From NCBI GenBank assembly GCA_030550715.1, contig JAUQOU010000008.1:1-58856 (forward strand): a DNA stretch of 58,856 nucleotides, read 5' to 3'. Made by a program: the position numbers and the translations under genes. The notes below the pieces were generated by a model. That model did not search any database. It was given only the letters and a program-made list of their open reading frames with translations, and was not told where the DNA came from. This document shows, one piece after another, positions 40,319 to 53,190 of this stretch (within the stretch, counting starts at the first letter, position 1; each line of letters begins with the position of its first letter). This DNA is from a bacterium (GTDB lineage Bacteria; Calescibacteriota; Calescibacteriia; Calescibacteriales; Calescibacteriaceae).

Positions 40319-40375
40319 TCTCTTTCGCTGAAATTCAAAAATTTCACCTCATCAATTTCAAAAAATTTTTTACTT

Positions 40376-41380
40376 TTATCTTGAACTTTTCCTGGCAAAA
40401 CTTCGCCTGAACCTCAAAAAAGCCACCCTCTGCACAGAGTCCCTTATTCTCTCTTCACTGACCCTTTTCTTTATATCCCTTGAAAATTTCTCAAAAGTAT
40501 CTGCAAGAAGGTTATAATCTGGCTTGCATATCAAAATCGCATCGCACCCCGCTTCAAACGATAAAAGAGCAACATCACTAATAGAACCAAATCCCTTTAA
40601 AGCATCCATAGTCAGATCATCTGTTATAACGCACCCCCTGAAAAAACTTTTCAGCTCTGCAATACATCTTTTTGAAATAGTGCAGGGAAGAGAATCTAAA
40701 TTTTTTAAAACTATGTGAGCGGTCATAATCCCATATACATCATCAGAAACCATCTGAAAAGGCAATATGTGTTTTTTAATTTCTTCCTCATCGCAGTATG
40801 AAACCGGGAGTTCCTTATGTGAGTCCTCAGGAGCAAGTCCATGCCCCGGGAAGTGTTTAGCCACCGGAAGAACTCCGCCAGATCTCATACCCTTTGCGAA
40901 AGCTCTTGCTATTTTTCCAACAGTTTGCGGATGAGAAGAAAAAGCTCTATCTCCTATCACAGAAAAGTTGTATCCGTATAAATCCACCACGGGCGCAAAA
41001 TTAACATCAATACCACAACCTGCAAGAAAAGAACCAAGTTTTTCTCCAAGTTCAAAAACATCTTCATCTGAAATTATGCCTTTTTCGTACATCTCACCTA
41101 TCTGTCTCGCCGGTGGGAGTTCAAAAGGTGGTTTTATTCTCATCACTCTTCCACCCTCTTGATCTACGCAGAAAAAGAAGTTATATCCAACCTTGCCCTT
41201 CAAAGAATACAAGAACTCCCGCAGGTCATCAACGCTATCTGGTATGTTATACGAGAACAGAATAACCCCGGACGGCTTGAATGTTTTCAAAAAATCCACC
41301 GTCTCCTGATCTGCCTCTTTACCCTTTATGGCGACTATGAAAAAACCACCAAGCATAGAAAAAAGTTTATCAAAATTCAA
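40376..41380 (-). CDS. nagZ: Beta-N-acetylhexosaminidase (GH3)
   Basis: VDQEGGRV, FAPVVD, KHFPGHG....DSH and TDDL.M motifs. Confidence 0.93.
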   Translation of the reverse strand: MNFDKLFSMLGGFFIVAIKGKEADQETVDFLKTFKPSGVILFSYNIPDSVDDLREFLYSLKGKVGYNFFFCVDQEGGRVMRIKPPFELPPARQIGEMYEKGIISDEDVFELGEKLGSFLAGCGIDVNFAPVVDLYGYNFSVIGDRAFSSHPQTVGKIARAFAKGMRSGGVLPVAKHFPGHGLAPEDSHKELPVSYCDEEEIKKHILPFQMVSDDVYGIMTAHIVLKNLDSLPCTISKRCIAELKSFFRGCVITDDLTMDALKGFGSISDVALLSFEAGCDAILICKPDYNLLADTFEKFSRDIKKRVSEERIRDSVQRVAFLRFRRSFARKSSR

Positions 41381-41381
41381 T

Positions 41382-43523
<2,142 letters not shown>

Positions 43524-43538
43524 TTAAATTGACAGTTT

Positions 43539-45737
43539 ATGAAGAATTTTTCAATACCTCAAAATCGTTTTATGCGATTTTTTGTTTTTGCTATCAATTT
43601 TTTTCTCACCTCAACAATTTTTTCATGCTCAAAGAAAAAGAACCTTGAATTTGCTCTGAAATTCGAAGATATAAAACAAGAGCTTGAAGAAAAATTTGAG
43701 AAAGCAGATGAAACACTCGCAATAAAATTAGAAGACATATTCCAAAACTGTCTTATACCTCTTTATCCTACTGACTCCACATATATATCGTCAATACCAC
43801 AGAAAAATAAGGCGCCTCTTACTTTTCACCTTGAAAAATTTGGATTTGATTTAGCGGAGTCCTTCTTTCTCTCTCACTTTTTAGAAGAATGTCAAACCAA
43901 CACCTGCCAGCTCGCAAAAGATAAAACGAACTACGACATAAAAGAAGAAAGAAAAAAACTACAAGAAGGATATGAAAAGAGCAAAATTGAAATAAACAGC
44001 CAAAGAGGTAATATAATCATTGATGCATTCTACCCGCCTATTCCAACTCAGGTTGTATCAATAATCTCCATAGAATCAGCATCAGAAAAGAAAGCGAGCT
44101 TCAAATTCGCTTCTTCTATCACACTTGAAAAACCCGGAGCTAATATCGTAGAACTTGAAAGCGTAGTCATATACCAGCCCGAAGGAGAAGGAGAGAAAAA
44201 GATTTCATGCTACTCAAAAACAAAAATAACAGGAGAAACAAGAAATCTTGAGATAAAGCTTGTAAAAGGGAATAAGAAAAATTTTGTTCAAGGATATATA
44301 AAATCTGAAAAGGACTGTCCCCAAAAACCATTTATATATCTCAGCTCAAATGAAGAAATATTCGCATCAGAAGCACAAAACCTATGCGATTCTTTTTTAC
44401 CAACATCATCTCTTGAGATTCTCGCCCTGAAAATAAAAGAGAAAGCAGAAGAAGATAATACATACCTTGAAATACTTGAAAAAATATCTGATAAATTTCA
44501 GGTAATGCAAAACGAACTCAATTTTATAAAAATCTCAAACAACATAAACGAAATTTTTCAAAACCTCTCAATAATAAGAATGCTCTTTGATGATGAATAC
44601 TTTAACTCAATCACTCAAAAGATATACGCAACGCGGGATATGCTAAAAAGAGCAAACTTTTCCATTCACTCCAAACTCAAAATACAGCTTTCTGAAAATT
44701 TTTCAGTAGATATAACCTATACGGTAAATCCCTCAACAATAATGTTTTTTGATTTAATTTTTCAGTATTTTTCAGCAGCGGTAGATTACATCTCATCTCT
44801 TGAAAGGGATTTGCCAGAAAACACAAAAAAACTGATAGTTCAGAGAATCAGGAACGAAAATCTGACGAAAAAGGAAATGATGAATATTCTGGTAAGCGCT
44901 CTTAACGCTAGCAGGTCATTTTTGAAAACAAAAGATGAAGAAAAAAGAAAAAAGGCACTTTATGAGCTGGAAAACGCTACAAGCAGAATCACCGACTTTA
45001 TTTACCAAGCTCAAAAAGAAAAAGTGGGATTGATAAAAGCAAAAAACAACTCGGTCTTGATCGGAGATAAAATACTTATAAGCTCAGAAACTTCAAACTA
45101 TCTTTTCAAAACACCTATCACAGAAATTTTTCACAACTTCGTAGAACACAAAGACCTGTATCCTTTCCTATTCCTCATAAAAGACGTGATTTATGGATTG
45201 ATGTCAAAAGAGAACAAAAATACACTGATTTTAGACATAACCGAAAAGATAATCAAAAAATCAAATTATAACGTTTTCAGAATAAACCTGGGAAAAATTA
45301 TTCTCGCAGACCTCAGAGAAATTCTGCCAGCATGGACAAAAGATGGATACTTCGCTATAGAATGGGAGTGCAAGATAGCAAACCTCTCACCTCCGATATC
45401 AGCAGAAAACCTATTCCCAGAAAACATAACATGTGAAGGAGAAATTGAAGATTCTCCACACTTTACCAAAAACTTTGAGTTCTCAGAAGAGATTACAGAT
45501 TCAATAACTCAAAACCCGTTCTTCCCTCAACTTCCAAAAGATAATATTTTCACAAGGTACCCATATATAATTTTCAGAGAACCGAGCTTTTCCGGAGGAT
45601 TAGAGCTTCAAGTATCAGTTCTACCAAATCAATATTTTTGCCAGAGCGAGACCACAAAAAATTTTTTCTTTTCACCACAAGGAAAAGAAGGAATATGCTA
45701 TCTTATATACACCCTTTCTTTTTTGCTCTCGGAGTGA
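43539..45737 (+). CDS. Large hypothetical lipoprotein (paralogue family member B)
   Basis: 732-aa ORF with lipobox IFSC; C-terminal motifs shared with 33393..35789 and 57775..58854. Confidence 0.8.
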   Translation: MKNFSIPQNRFMRFFVFAINFFLTSTIFSCSKKKNLEFALKFEDIKQELEEKFEKADETLAIKLEDIFQNCLIPLYPTDSTYISSIPQKNKAPLTFHLEKFGFDLAESFFLSHFLEECQTNTCQLAKDKTNYDIKEERKKLQEGYEKSKIEINSQRGNIIIDAFYPPIPTQVVSIISIESASEKKASFKFASSITLEKPGANIVELESVVIYQPEGEGEKKISCYSKTKITGETRNLEIKLVKGNKKNFVQGYIKSEKDCPQKPFIYLSSNEEIFASEAQNLCDSFLPTSSLEILALKIKEKAEEDNTYLEILEKISDKFQVMQNELNFIKISNNINEIFQNLSIIRMLFDDEYFNSITQKIYATRDMLKRANFSIHSKLKIQLSENFSVDITYTVNPSTIMFFDLIFQYFSAAVDYISSLERDLPENTKKLIVQRIRNENLTKKEMMNILVSALNASRSFLKTKDEEKRKKALYELENATSRITDFIYQAQKEKVGLIKAKNNSVLIGDKILISSETSNYLFKTPITEIFHNFVEHKDLYPFLFLIKDVIYGLMSKENKNTLILDITEKIIKKSNYNVFRINLGKIILADLREILPAWTKDGYFAIEWECKIANLSPPISAENLFPENITCEGEIEDSPHFTKNFEFSEEITDSITQNPFFPQLPKDNIFTRYPYIIFREPSFSGGLELQVSVLPNQYFCQSETTKNFFFSPQGKEGICYLIYTLSFLLSE

Positions 45738-47021
45738 TCAGAACCAGAATTTATCAACAAGTTTATCTGCAACAATCTCAAAGACCTTTTCAACATTTTC
45801 TCCAACCCTATACACTTGAATATCTCTTATTATGAACCCGGAAGAAGAGAGCAAGATGTCGGAATATTTTCCCTGTATCTTTGTTATCTTTGAGAATCTG
45901 TACATTTCACCTATATATCTCAAAGTGTCTGCTATTTTTTTTAGTTCGTAGATGTAAAAAGATGTTCTATCTTCTTCATATGGTATTATATCGGCGTAGA
46001 AAACCTTTGAATAATATCTTTTTTCAAGGTATGATTTGATTCCAGACCACATAAATCCGAAGGCAAGAAAATTTCTTGCTCCCGCAAAAGTGAGCTGAGG
46101 TATTATAGCTGCTGAATTCTTTGAGTTATCTAAAATTATCACACAACCTGACTCATCAAATTCTTCTCCAACAATACTCAGGAGTTCTTTATCAGATTTA
46201 TAATTTACATTTTTTTTCTTTGAAATGGTTTTTGCTCTGTTCAAAAGAGAAGGAATAATATCTATTCCCGAGTATTCTAATGAAAATGATACAGAAACCC
46301 CGCTCGCCCAGGAAATACTCAACAAAATATCTTTATACTTTTCGGTATCTTTTCTGAAAAGTATTATCGGGGAACAACCTACTTCTCTTTTTATATATTG
46401 CATAAGAGTCCACCCAAAATGTGAAAAATGCGGGAGAAAAAATATATGGTTTGCCTGAGGGTATGAAACAGGGACAGAAAAATCAATAAAAAAGTAATTT
46501 CGCTCAACATAAAAATTATCTCTTGTGAAGTTCAGAACAACCGAAAACGCTCTGCCTGGAGGAAAGAAATAAAAGTAGTCAAAACCCGTATCAAAGGTTA
46601 TATAAAAACTTTCAAAAGAATCAAATATGTAATCAAAAAAAATGTCAAAAGGAGAATTTTTACCTTCATCATAAGGAAAGAAGAAAATCGTTCTGCCTTC
46701 AACATCATCTTTACCGTAATGTGATAACTCCTTATCAATCATCAGGATAACTTCCGATATTTCAATCGGATAGAAAAAAGTCAGAAGGTTTGGAAATGAT
46801 TCTTTGAGAATTCTTCTGTCCCGAAAAAAATCCTGCCCGAGATGTTGTTTGAGTTCATCGTAATTTTCCACCGCACCAGCAAAATTCCCGTTCTTCAAAG
46901 AATATATAATATCAAGAAGTTTTTTCTCATACTGATTGAACTCATCTGTAAAAGCAGAATATGAAAAAGAGAGAAAAAACAACAAAAAAAAGAGAGAAAA
47001 GCCCTTTTTCAACCTCTCCAT
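45738..47021 (-). CDS. Exported hypothetical protein, possibly LpoA/periplasmic-binding-protein-like
   Basis: Signal peptide (SYSA); IILD....AAIIPQL.F motif is reminiscent of LpoA-like C-terminal domains. Confidence 0.45.
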   Translation of the reverse strand: MERLKKGFSLFFLLFFLSFSYSAFTDEFNQYEKKLLDIIYSLKNGNFAGAVENYDELKQHLGQDFFRDRRILKESFPNLLTFFYPIEISEVILMIDKELSHYGKDDVEGRTIFFFPYDEGKNSPFDIFFDYIFDSFESFYITFDTGFDYFYFFPPGRAFSVVLNFTRDNFYVERNYFFIDFSVPVSYPQANHIFFLPHFSHFGWTLMQYIKREVGCSPIILFRKDTEKYKDILLSISWASGVSVSFSLEYSGIDIIPSLLNRAKTISKKKNVNYKSDKELLSIVGEEFDESGCVIILDNSKNSAAIIPQLTFAGARNFLAFGFMWSGIKSYLEKRYYSKVFYADIIPYEEDRTSFYIYELKKIADTLRYIGEMYRFSKITKIQGKYSDILLSSSGFIIRDIQVYRVGENVEKVFEIVADKLVDKFWF

Positions 47022-48070
47022 ATACTTTTTCTCTTTGAAAGGAGTTCTGAAATAATATCTTCAATCCTGTGCCTGACCTCCTGCGAAATCTGGTTCACAA
47101 GAATATCATCTTCAGCAGCCTCTGGGGGATACTCTGTCACATCTATAATTTTCCCAAATTTTATATACCATTTTGAAGGGAAAGGAATAAAACCAAGAGG
47201 TCCTAAAAGAAGCATATTAAGAACAATAGGAAAAGTAGGGAGATTAAAAAGTTTTCCAAGCGAGTCAATCTTAAATATAATAGGATATATCTCTTCTGCT
47301 CCGACGACACCAACAGGGAGAATCGGACTTCTTGTTCTTATAGCGAGTTTTACAAACCCACCCCTGCCGAACCGCTGGAGCTTATACCTCATATAAAACG
47401 GTTTCACAATACCTTTGACACCTTCTGGAAAAACAATAACTGCCTCATCTCTCATCAGAAGTATCTGAGCATTCTCCTGACAAGCTCTGACCCCTCCGAC
47501 TCTGTTCATTATTGTTCCCGCAAATGGGAGGTAATAGACAAAGTTTTCAGCAAGAGGTCTGACATCTCTGTGAGCAGGATGAACCTCCCTCATATAATAC
47601 TTTATCATAGCACCATCAAAAGGCAAAGTCCCCGAGTGATTTGCAACAAGAAGAACCCTTCCTTTCGGAGGAATGTTCTCACCACCTTCAACTTCTACTC
47701 TCCACCACTTCTCATAAAGGAATTTGAAAATCGGTTTTATAAAATCCTCAAATTTTGGGTCATAGCCGAACTCATCTACAACATCTGAATAAATAAGCAT
47801 CTGATAAGCCCTAATTATTTTTCCGAATGAATTCATGTAAAGAGCAGAAAAGATTGGTCTCACCTCATTTATGTATTTTCTGATTATTCCAGCTGCCTCT
47901 TCAAAAGAGAGATCTTTCCTACCAGAGGCATCTTCTATTTCCTTGACCGCTTCTTGAAGAATTTTTCCAGCATCTTTGAAGAGAGAAGATATATTTTTTT
48001 TCTCAACTCTTGCTTTCCGAAAACCCTCAACTATATCCTTTCTCTCATCCCGTTCTATTTCTGTTCTCAT
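47009..48070 (-). CDS. Lysophospholipid acyltransferase family protein
   Basis: LVANHSGTLPFDG, VFPEG.KG, FGRGGF and VVGAEE motifs. Confidence 0.9.
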   Translation of the reverse strand: MRTEIERDERKDIVEGFRKARVEKKNISSLFKDAGKILQEAVKEIEDASGRKDLSFEEAAGIIRKYINEVRPIFSALYMNSFGKIIRAYQMLIYSDVVDEFGYDPKFEDFIKPIFKFLYEKWWRVEVEGGENIPPKGRVLLVANHSGTLPFDGAMIKYYMREVHPAHRDVRPLAENFVYYLPFAGTIMNRVGGVRACQENAQILLMRDEAVIVFPEGVKGIVKPFYMRYKLQRFGRGGFVKLAIRTRSPILPVGVVGAEEIYPIIFKIDSLGKLFNLPTFPIVLNMLLLGPLGFIPFPSKWYIKFGKIIDVTEYPPEAAEDDILVNQISQEVRHRIEDIISELLSKRKSIWRG

Positions 48071-48178
48071 ATCTATAATTTATTACGGAAGAAAAAATTT
48101 TGTTCTGTTTTTGCAGATAGATAAAAAACGTTTTGAGAAAAATCAAGTTATTAATTTCTGATAGCAAATTTTCATATT

Positions 48179-49036
48179 ATGCCGTTTTGCGTATCACACG
48201 ATGGAGTAAAAATTCACTACGAGATTACTGGAAGTGGGAAAAAAGAGATTTTTTTTATAATGGGACTTGGCGTAGATAAAAGGGGATGGCTCTTTCAAGT
48301 ACCATATTTTTCAGAAAAATACAGGGTTTTTTTAGTAGATAATAGAGGAGTAGGGAAAAGCGATGTCCCGGAAGGATTCTTCTCAACAGAAGACATGGCA
48401 AAAGATATACTATGCATTATGGATAAAGAAGGAGTGGGAAAAGCATATTTTGTAGGTGCATCTATGGGAGGAATGATACTCCAAAAACTCGGTGCGATAG
48501 CTGGCGAAAGAGTTGAAAAACTGGTCCTCGCCTGCACGCTCGCAAAACTTGATGAACACGAAAAAGAACTGATGAAAAAAGGTCTCAAATTCGTAAAAGA
48601 CATAGATATAGATAAAATAGACGAAAACAACATAAAAGAATACATAAAACTTGTCATTGAGTCAGATGCAGAAAGAATATTCAACTTCCTCTCAAAAAAC
48701 ATATTTTCTCCACAATTTCTTGAACAGAACAAAGAACTGATACTGGATTTTTTCAGAAATTACCTTAATGATGGGTTCAAAGTCAAGGGTTTTGCAAAAC
48801 AACTATATGCTATTTTGAATCATGACTCAACAGGAGACCTCGAAAAAATAAAGGCAAAAACTCTGGTCATAACAGGAGATAAAGATAAGATGGTTCCAAA
48901 AGAAAAATCAATTTTCATCGCAAGCAGAATCAAAAACTCAACACTGAAAATAGTAGAAAACGGCTCACACGCCTTTATGTTTGAGATGCCCGATGTCTTC
49001 AATAGAGAAGTTGATAGATTCCTAACCGCTGAATAA
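48179..49036 (+). CDS. Alpha/beta hydrolase
   Basis: DNRGVGKS, nucleophile elbow GASMGG, GDKD and C-terminal GSH. Confidence 0.92.
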   Translation: MPFCVSHDGVKIHYEITGSGKKEIFFIMGLGVDKRGWLFQVPYFSEKYRVFLVDNRGVGKSDVPEGFFSTEDMAKDILCIMDKEGVGKAYFVGASMGGMILQKLGAIAGERVEKLVLACTLAKLDEHEKELMKKGLKFVKDIDIDKIDENNIKEYIKLVIESDAERIFNFLSKNIFSPQFLEQNKELILDFFRNYLNDGFKVKGFAKQLYAILNHDSTGDLEKIKAKTLVITGDKDKMVPKEKSIFIASRIKNSTLKIVENGSHAFMFEMPDVFNREVDRFLTAE

Positions 49037-49054
49037 TTTTGCTAAATCAAATTC

Positions 49055-50431
49055 TCATGCCTTACCATTTTTATTTTTCCCATCAAGACCATTCCAGATT
49101 TTGCCGAATATAAGTGGCTTTATATTTTGAAGTGCTTTTTTCAGCTTTTTCATCGCCCTGCTCTCTATCTGCCTCACCCTTTCACGAGTCATACTCATAA
49201 GCTCGCTCACCTCATCAAGTGTTGCTTCCCTACCGTTCAAAAATCCACACCTCAATTCAATAATCTTCCTCTCCTTCGGAGAAAGAACAGTATTTATTAC
49301 CTCCCTTATCTTTTTTATTATATCGTATCTTTCAAGAGAATCAAATACTTCATCTGAATAAATCCAATCCTGAGGTATGCAATCAACGAGCTTTGTGTTA
49401 TCATCGTTATCTTGCACATTCTCTTCAAAAGGTATCGGTTCTTTCACAAGCTTCATAACAACCTCAACCTTTTCAGGGTCAACCTTTAAAATCTTTGCTA
49501 TCTCAAAAGTAGATGGGTCTCTTCCGTTCTCCTGGAAGAAATTTCTCACAACTTTATTTATTTTGTTGAGAAGCTCAACGATATGCCCCGGCATTCTGAC
49601 ATAATGGATGCTATCGTTCATTGTTCGCATTATCGCCTGCCTCAACCATGGAACAGCATAAGTTGAAAATTTCGTTCCTCTCCTCCAATCAAATTTCTCT
49701 ATCGCTTTGGCAAGAACCATGTTGCCCTCCTGAATGAACTCCATAAGGTCCATATTCTTCATATGATATCTTTTCGCGATAGTGACCGCAAGACGCAAAT
49801 TAGATGAATAAATGCGATTGGTCTCCTCTCTCATCTTGACGCTTATTTCATTTACCTTCTCAAGAACACTCTTTATTTTTCTGAGATTCTCATTTTTCAA
49901 AACCATCTCAGGATTTTTTGCCTTTGAAGAATTATACAACCGCTGGATATACATCTTGAGATGATGAATAAGTTCAAGAGTAATTCCTATGCTCTCCCTG
50001 AGCTTAGCTATTTTATCAAAGTATTCCTCCGCCTTTTTTGTATTGCCTGCCTGGATGAAAACGCTTGAAATCTTGTAGTAATTCACCATCTTCGCAATCG
50101 TCATTTTTATCTTTGATGCTAACTCTCTTCTTCTTTTGAAGTTGGATTTTTTCTCAAGGTCTTCGTAATCTGCCTTTGTTATATCAAAAAATTCAGTAGG
50201 GAAAACCGCTGTCTTTACCATCTCATCCAAAATCCTCTCTATCTCCTTCCACGATTCATCTAATGTCATAAGCTCACAAAATATCGTGAGAATATATTTC
50301 TCATTTTTCCTGAAAAGCTCTTTTTCCTCCCTGGCAGAAAGGAGTTCAGATTTTTTCAGGAAGAAAAAATAAGAGTTCAACATCTCCAACCTATCCTCTT
50401 TTGATTCAGAGTATTTTTCTCTTCTTGCCAT
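49055..50431 (-). CDS. Sigma70-family RNA polymerase sigma factor, divergent RpoD-like
   Basis: NLRL...IAKRY, IQEGN, KFSTYA..W.RQAI and TRERVRQIE motifs; located downstream of dnaG. Confidence 0.9.
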   Translation of the reverse strand: MARREKYSESKEDRLEMLNSYFFFLKKSELLSAREEKELFRKNEKYILTIFCELMTLDESWKEIERILDEMVKTAVFPTEFFDITKADYEDLEKKSNFKRRRELASKIKMTIAKMVNYYKISSVFIQAGNTKKAEEYFDKIAKLRESIGITLELIHHLKMYIQRLYNSSKAKNPEMVLKNENLRKIKSVLEKVNEISVKMREETNRIYSSNLRLAVTIAKRYHMKNMDLMEFIQEGNMVLAKAIEKFDWRRGTKFSTYAVPWLRQAIMRTMNDSIHYVRMPGHIVELLNKINKVVRNFFQENGRDPSTFEIAKILKVDPEKVEVVMKLVKEPIPFEENVQDNDDNTKLVDCIPQDWIYSDEVFDSLERYDIIKKIREVINTVLSPKERKIIELRCGFLNGREATLDEVSELMSMTRERVRQIESRAMKKLKKALQNIKPLIFGKIWNGLDGKNKNGKA

Positions 50432-50509
50432 AGCTCGTTATCCTCCTCTGCTGAAAAATTTTTACGCACTTTTTTTAACAAGACCCGCCAAAAAAAGCCC
50501 AGTTCATTT

Positions 50510-52243
50510 TCAAAATTTTCTGGTTCTGCGTCCGCTCTTGCTCTTTACCCCTTCAAGAATAGAGAGCTTTTTAAGAAGGAGAAGGTACCTCTGCTTTTTC
50601 ACAGGGTCATCTGTTGCGCTCTTGCTGATAGCAGATAACTCCCTCCTTATCCCCTCTATCGCAACCCTTCTCAGTATGCTTTCAAGAAGCTCCTCCCAAC
50701 CAAACTCGGGATATTCCTTATCTTCAAGAAGTATGTCTATCATCAGCTTTTTAGATTGTTCATCTGCAAAAAGCAAAGCTAACTCCACGCTTGAAGATGT
50801 AGATAAAAGCAAGTTCAGAACATCCTTGACCTCTTTGCTCGTTATGTAATCTATATAATCTTTTATGTATTTGAGCGACTCTTTCTTGTTGAGAGCAAAC
50901 CTCAAAATCTCCAGCTCATACTCGGGTATATTTATATCTACCTTCCTTTTTAATGTAGATGGTTTTGTGAGACGCTTTATATCTGCTTTGAAAGATGAAT
51001 AAGATAGTCCGACTCTTTCACAGATTTCTTTTATATATATTTCCGCCTGAGTTTGTGATTCATGACTTATTATTGATATAAGCTCCTGAACTTTCAGGAT
51101 TGACCTCGCAAGCTGGACTGAATCTTTTTGCTCTTTTGCAGGAAGTATCAGGCTCTCACTCGCGTATATTATACCGTCCTTTACTTCAAGGTCAGAGATT
51201 GAACCACCTTTTGCAAGGAAAGAATCAGGGTCTTCACCATGAGGGAGGAGACAAACTTTCGGAATAATTCCAGCTTTTAGAAAGGTTTCAAGGTTTTTCA
51301 AAATCGCCTTTTTCCCCGCGTCATCTCCATCAAACATAAAGATCACATCGCCACAGATTCTTTTCAAAAATGCGATGTGAGATTGAGTTATAGCTGTTCC
51401 AAGACAGCTTATCGCATATTTCACACCTGCCTGATGCAGAGCGATAACATCAAAGTATCCTTCCACGATAACACATCTTCCGTATAATCTCATCTCATCT
51501 ATGGCTTGAAGGATACCGAAAAAGCTCTCCCTTTTTTTGAAAACTGGACTTTCAGCAGAGTTTATATATTTTGGGGAGAGATTTTCGTCAAGGACTCTTC
51601 CGCCAAAAGCGATGACCTCTCCCTTTGAATTAACTATTGGGAAGATGAGCTTTTTTCTGAAAATGAAGACAAGGGATTTATCAGCTTTTCTTATGCTTCC
51701 GGTCATGCAAAGGGTATCAGGGTCAAACCCTTCTTTAAGGAGAGCAGATGGTATAACGAAAGGGTCTTCGGGAGCAAAACCAAGAGAGAAAATTCCCCAC
51801 ATATCTTCGTTTATTTTGCGCCGTTTGAGATAATCACGGGCAGGGCTTCCCTCTTTTGAGTTGAAAAATTTCCTGAGGAGGAAAAGGATATGAGCGTTAG
51901 CTTGAATAATTTTTCTTGCACTTTCCCAGTTTTCCTTGGATATATCTGGTATGACAACGGGATAGTATTTTTCCGCAAGATAAGAGATAGCTTCTTGAAA
52001 AGAGATATTTTTTACTCGGGAGATGAAAGAGATAACATTACCACCGACACCACAACCGAAGCAGTTGAAAACCTTTTTATCTTCTCTGACGCGCAGAGAT
52101 GGTTTTGTATCTGGATGGAACGGGCAGAGTCCATACCAATCTTTTCCTATTTTTTTGAGGGATACATATTCAGATATAACTTCGACTATATCAATTCTTT
52201 CAAGGAGCTCTCTTACAATTTCTTTTTTTTCTTGGTAGGTCAT
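50510..52243 (-). CDS. dnaG: DNA primase
   Basis: CPFH...CFGCG Zn finger, FGGR, PKYINS, VEGYFD and FDGDDAG motifs. Confidence 0.97.
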   Translation of the reverse strand: MTYQEKKEIVRELLERIDIVEVISEYVSLKKIGKDWYGLCPFHPDTKPSLRVREDKKVFNCFGCGVGGNVISFISRVKNISFQEAISYLAEKYYPVVIPDISKENWESARKIIQANAHILFLLRKFFNSKEGSPARDYLKRRKINEDMWGIFSLGFAPEDPFVIPSALLKEGFDPDTLCMTGSIRKADKSLVFIFRKKLIFPIVNSKGEVIAFGGRVLDENLSPKYINSAESPVFKKRESFFGILQAIDEMRLYGRCVIVEGYFDVIALHQAGVKYAISCLGTAITQSHIAFLKRICGDVIFMFDGDDAGKKAILKNLETFLKAGIIPKVCLLPHGEDPDSFLAKGGSISDLEVKDGIIYASESLILPAKEQKDSVQLARSILKVQELISIISHESQTQAEIYIKEICERVGLSYSSFKADIKRLTKPSTLKRKVDINIPEYELEILRFALNKKESLKYIKDYIDYITSKEVKDVLNLLLSTSSSVELALLFADEQSKKLMIDILLEDKEYPEFGWEELLESILRRVAIEGIRRELSAISKSATDDPVKKQRYLLLLKKLSILEGVKSKSGRRTRKF

Positions 52244-52464
52244 ATTTTTTGTTTAAGGGATAGGTCAGCAAAATTTCTTTCTCTTAAATTTATTTTTGAA
52301 TTTTTGCATTTGCACTTTTTCTCAAAAAAGAAAAGCTTCATTTTAATTTTCCAACACATGTTGAAAAATAGCAAAACTAAAATTAACAACTTGAAGATAA
52401 ATTTTCAACTTTTTTGAACAACTTTCCCCTTTGAAATCAAAAAGAAAATCCAGAAAATCGCAAT

Positions 52465-53166
52465 CTACTCATAACGAATAGAAGTTGCCGACCTTAAAAT
52501 GGGTATATCTTTCGTGTGAAAAGAACAATACTCAATTTGCAAATCTATCCCAGAACTTTCTCCCTGACCCGATGACAAAACACTATGACCCAAAACCAAC
52601 TTATAAGGAATATTCCTGCAATCAGAAGAAAAATTAGAAGCAAAAGATAAAATCTGCTCCCTCATCTCCGAAGGGAAATGGGCAAAAACTACTTTCCTCC
52701 TGCATCGCTTCTCCAAGATAAAAGTTCTTTCTAAAAATTCAAGAGTTTTGAGAAAAAGAAACCCTCCAAAAGATGCTGCTATTCCGAGCACAAAGTAACC
52801 TGCACCTATAAGTATTCCAAGAGCTCCACAGAACCACACCAAAGATGCGGTTGTCAATCCCTCAACAAACTGTCCTCTCCTTATTATTGAACCCGCTCCT
52901 AAAAAACCTATCCCCGTTGCTATATTTGCAGAAATCCTTGTCGGGTCTCCCCCGAGAAATTTTGAAATTTCAAAAGATAAAAAAGCAAAAAGTGAAGAAC
53001 CAACGGTTACAAATACGAGTGTTTTCAATCCAGCTGGCTTTGCGAGAAGTTCTCTCTCTACACCCAATATCCCACCGGCTACCGTGGCAGAAAAAAGGCA
53101 TAAAAAAAATCTCAAAATCCACTCCAAACTCAATTTTATCTCCGGGAAAAATACAGAAAAATCCAT
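52465..53166 (-). CDS. MgtC/SapB family membrane protein
   Basis: GVERE...KPAGLKT, DPTRI.A.I.TGIGFLGAG and GLTTAS motifs. Confidence 0.92.
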   Translation of the reverse strand: MDFSVFFPEIKLSLEWILRFFLCLFSATVAGGILGVERELLAKPAGLKTLVFVTVGSSLFAFLSFEISKFLGGDPTRISANIATGIGFLGAGSIIRRGQFVEGLTTASLVWFCGALGILIGAGYFVLGIAASFGGFLFLKTLEFLERTFILEKRCRRKVVFAHFPSEMREQILSFASNFSSDCRNIPYKLVLGHSVLSSGQGESSGIDLQIEYCSFHTKDIPILRSATSIRYE

Positions 53167-53190
53167 AAAAAATAAAAATTAATCAACTGG

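Noticed and set aside
52347-52410. Imperfect palindromes upstream of dnaG
   Set aside because: Short, AT-rich and not matching an operator I recognise
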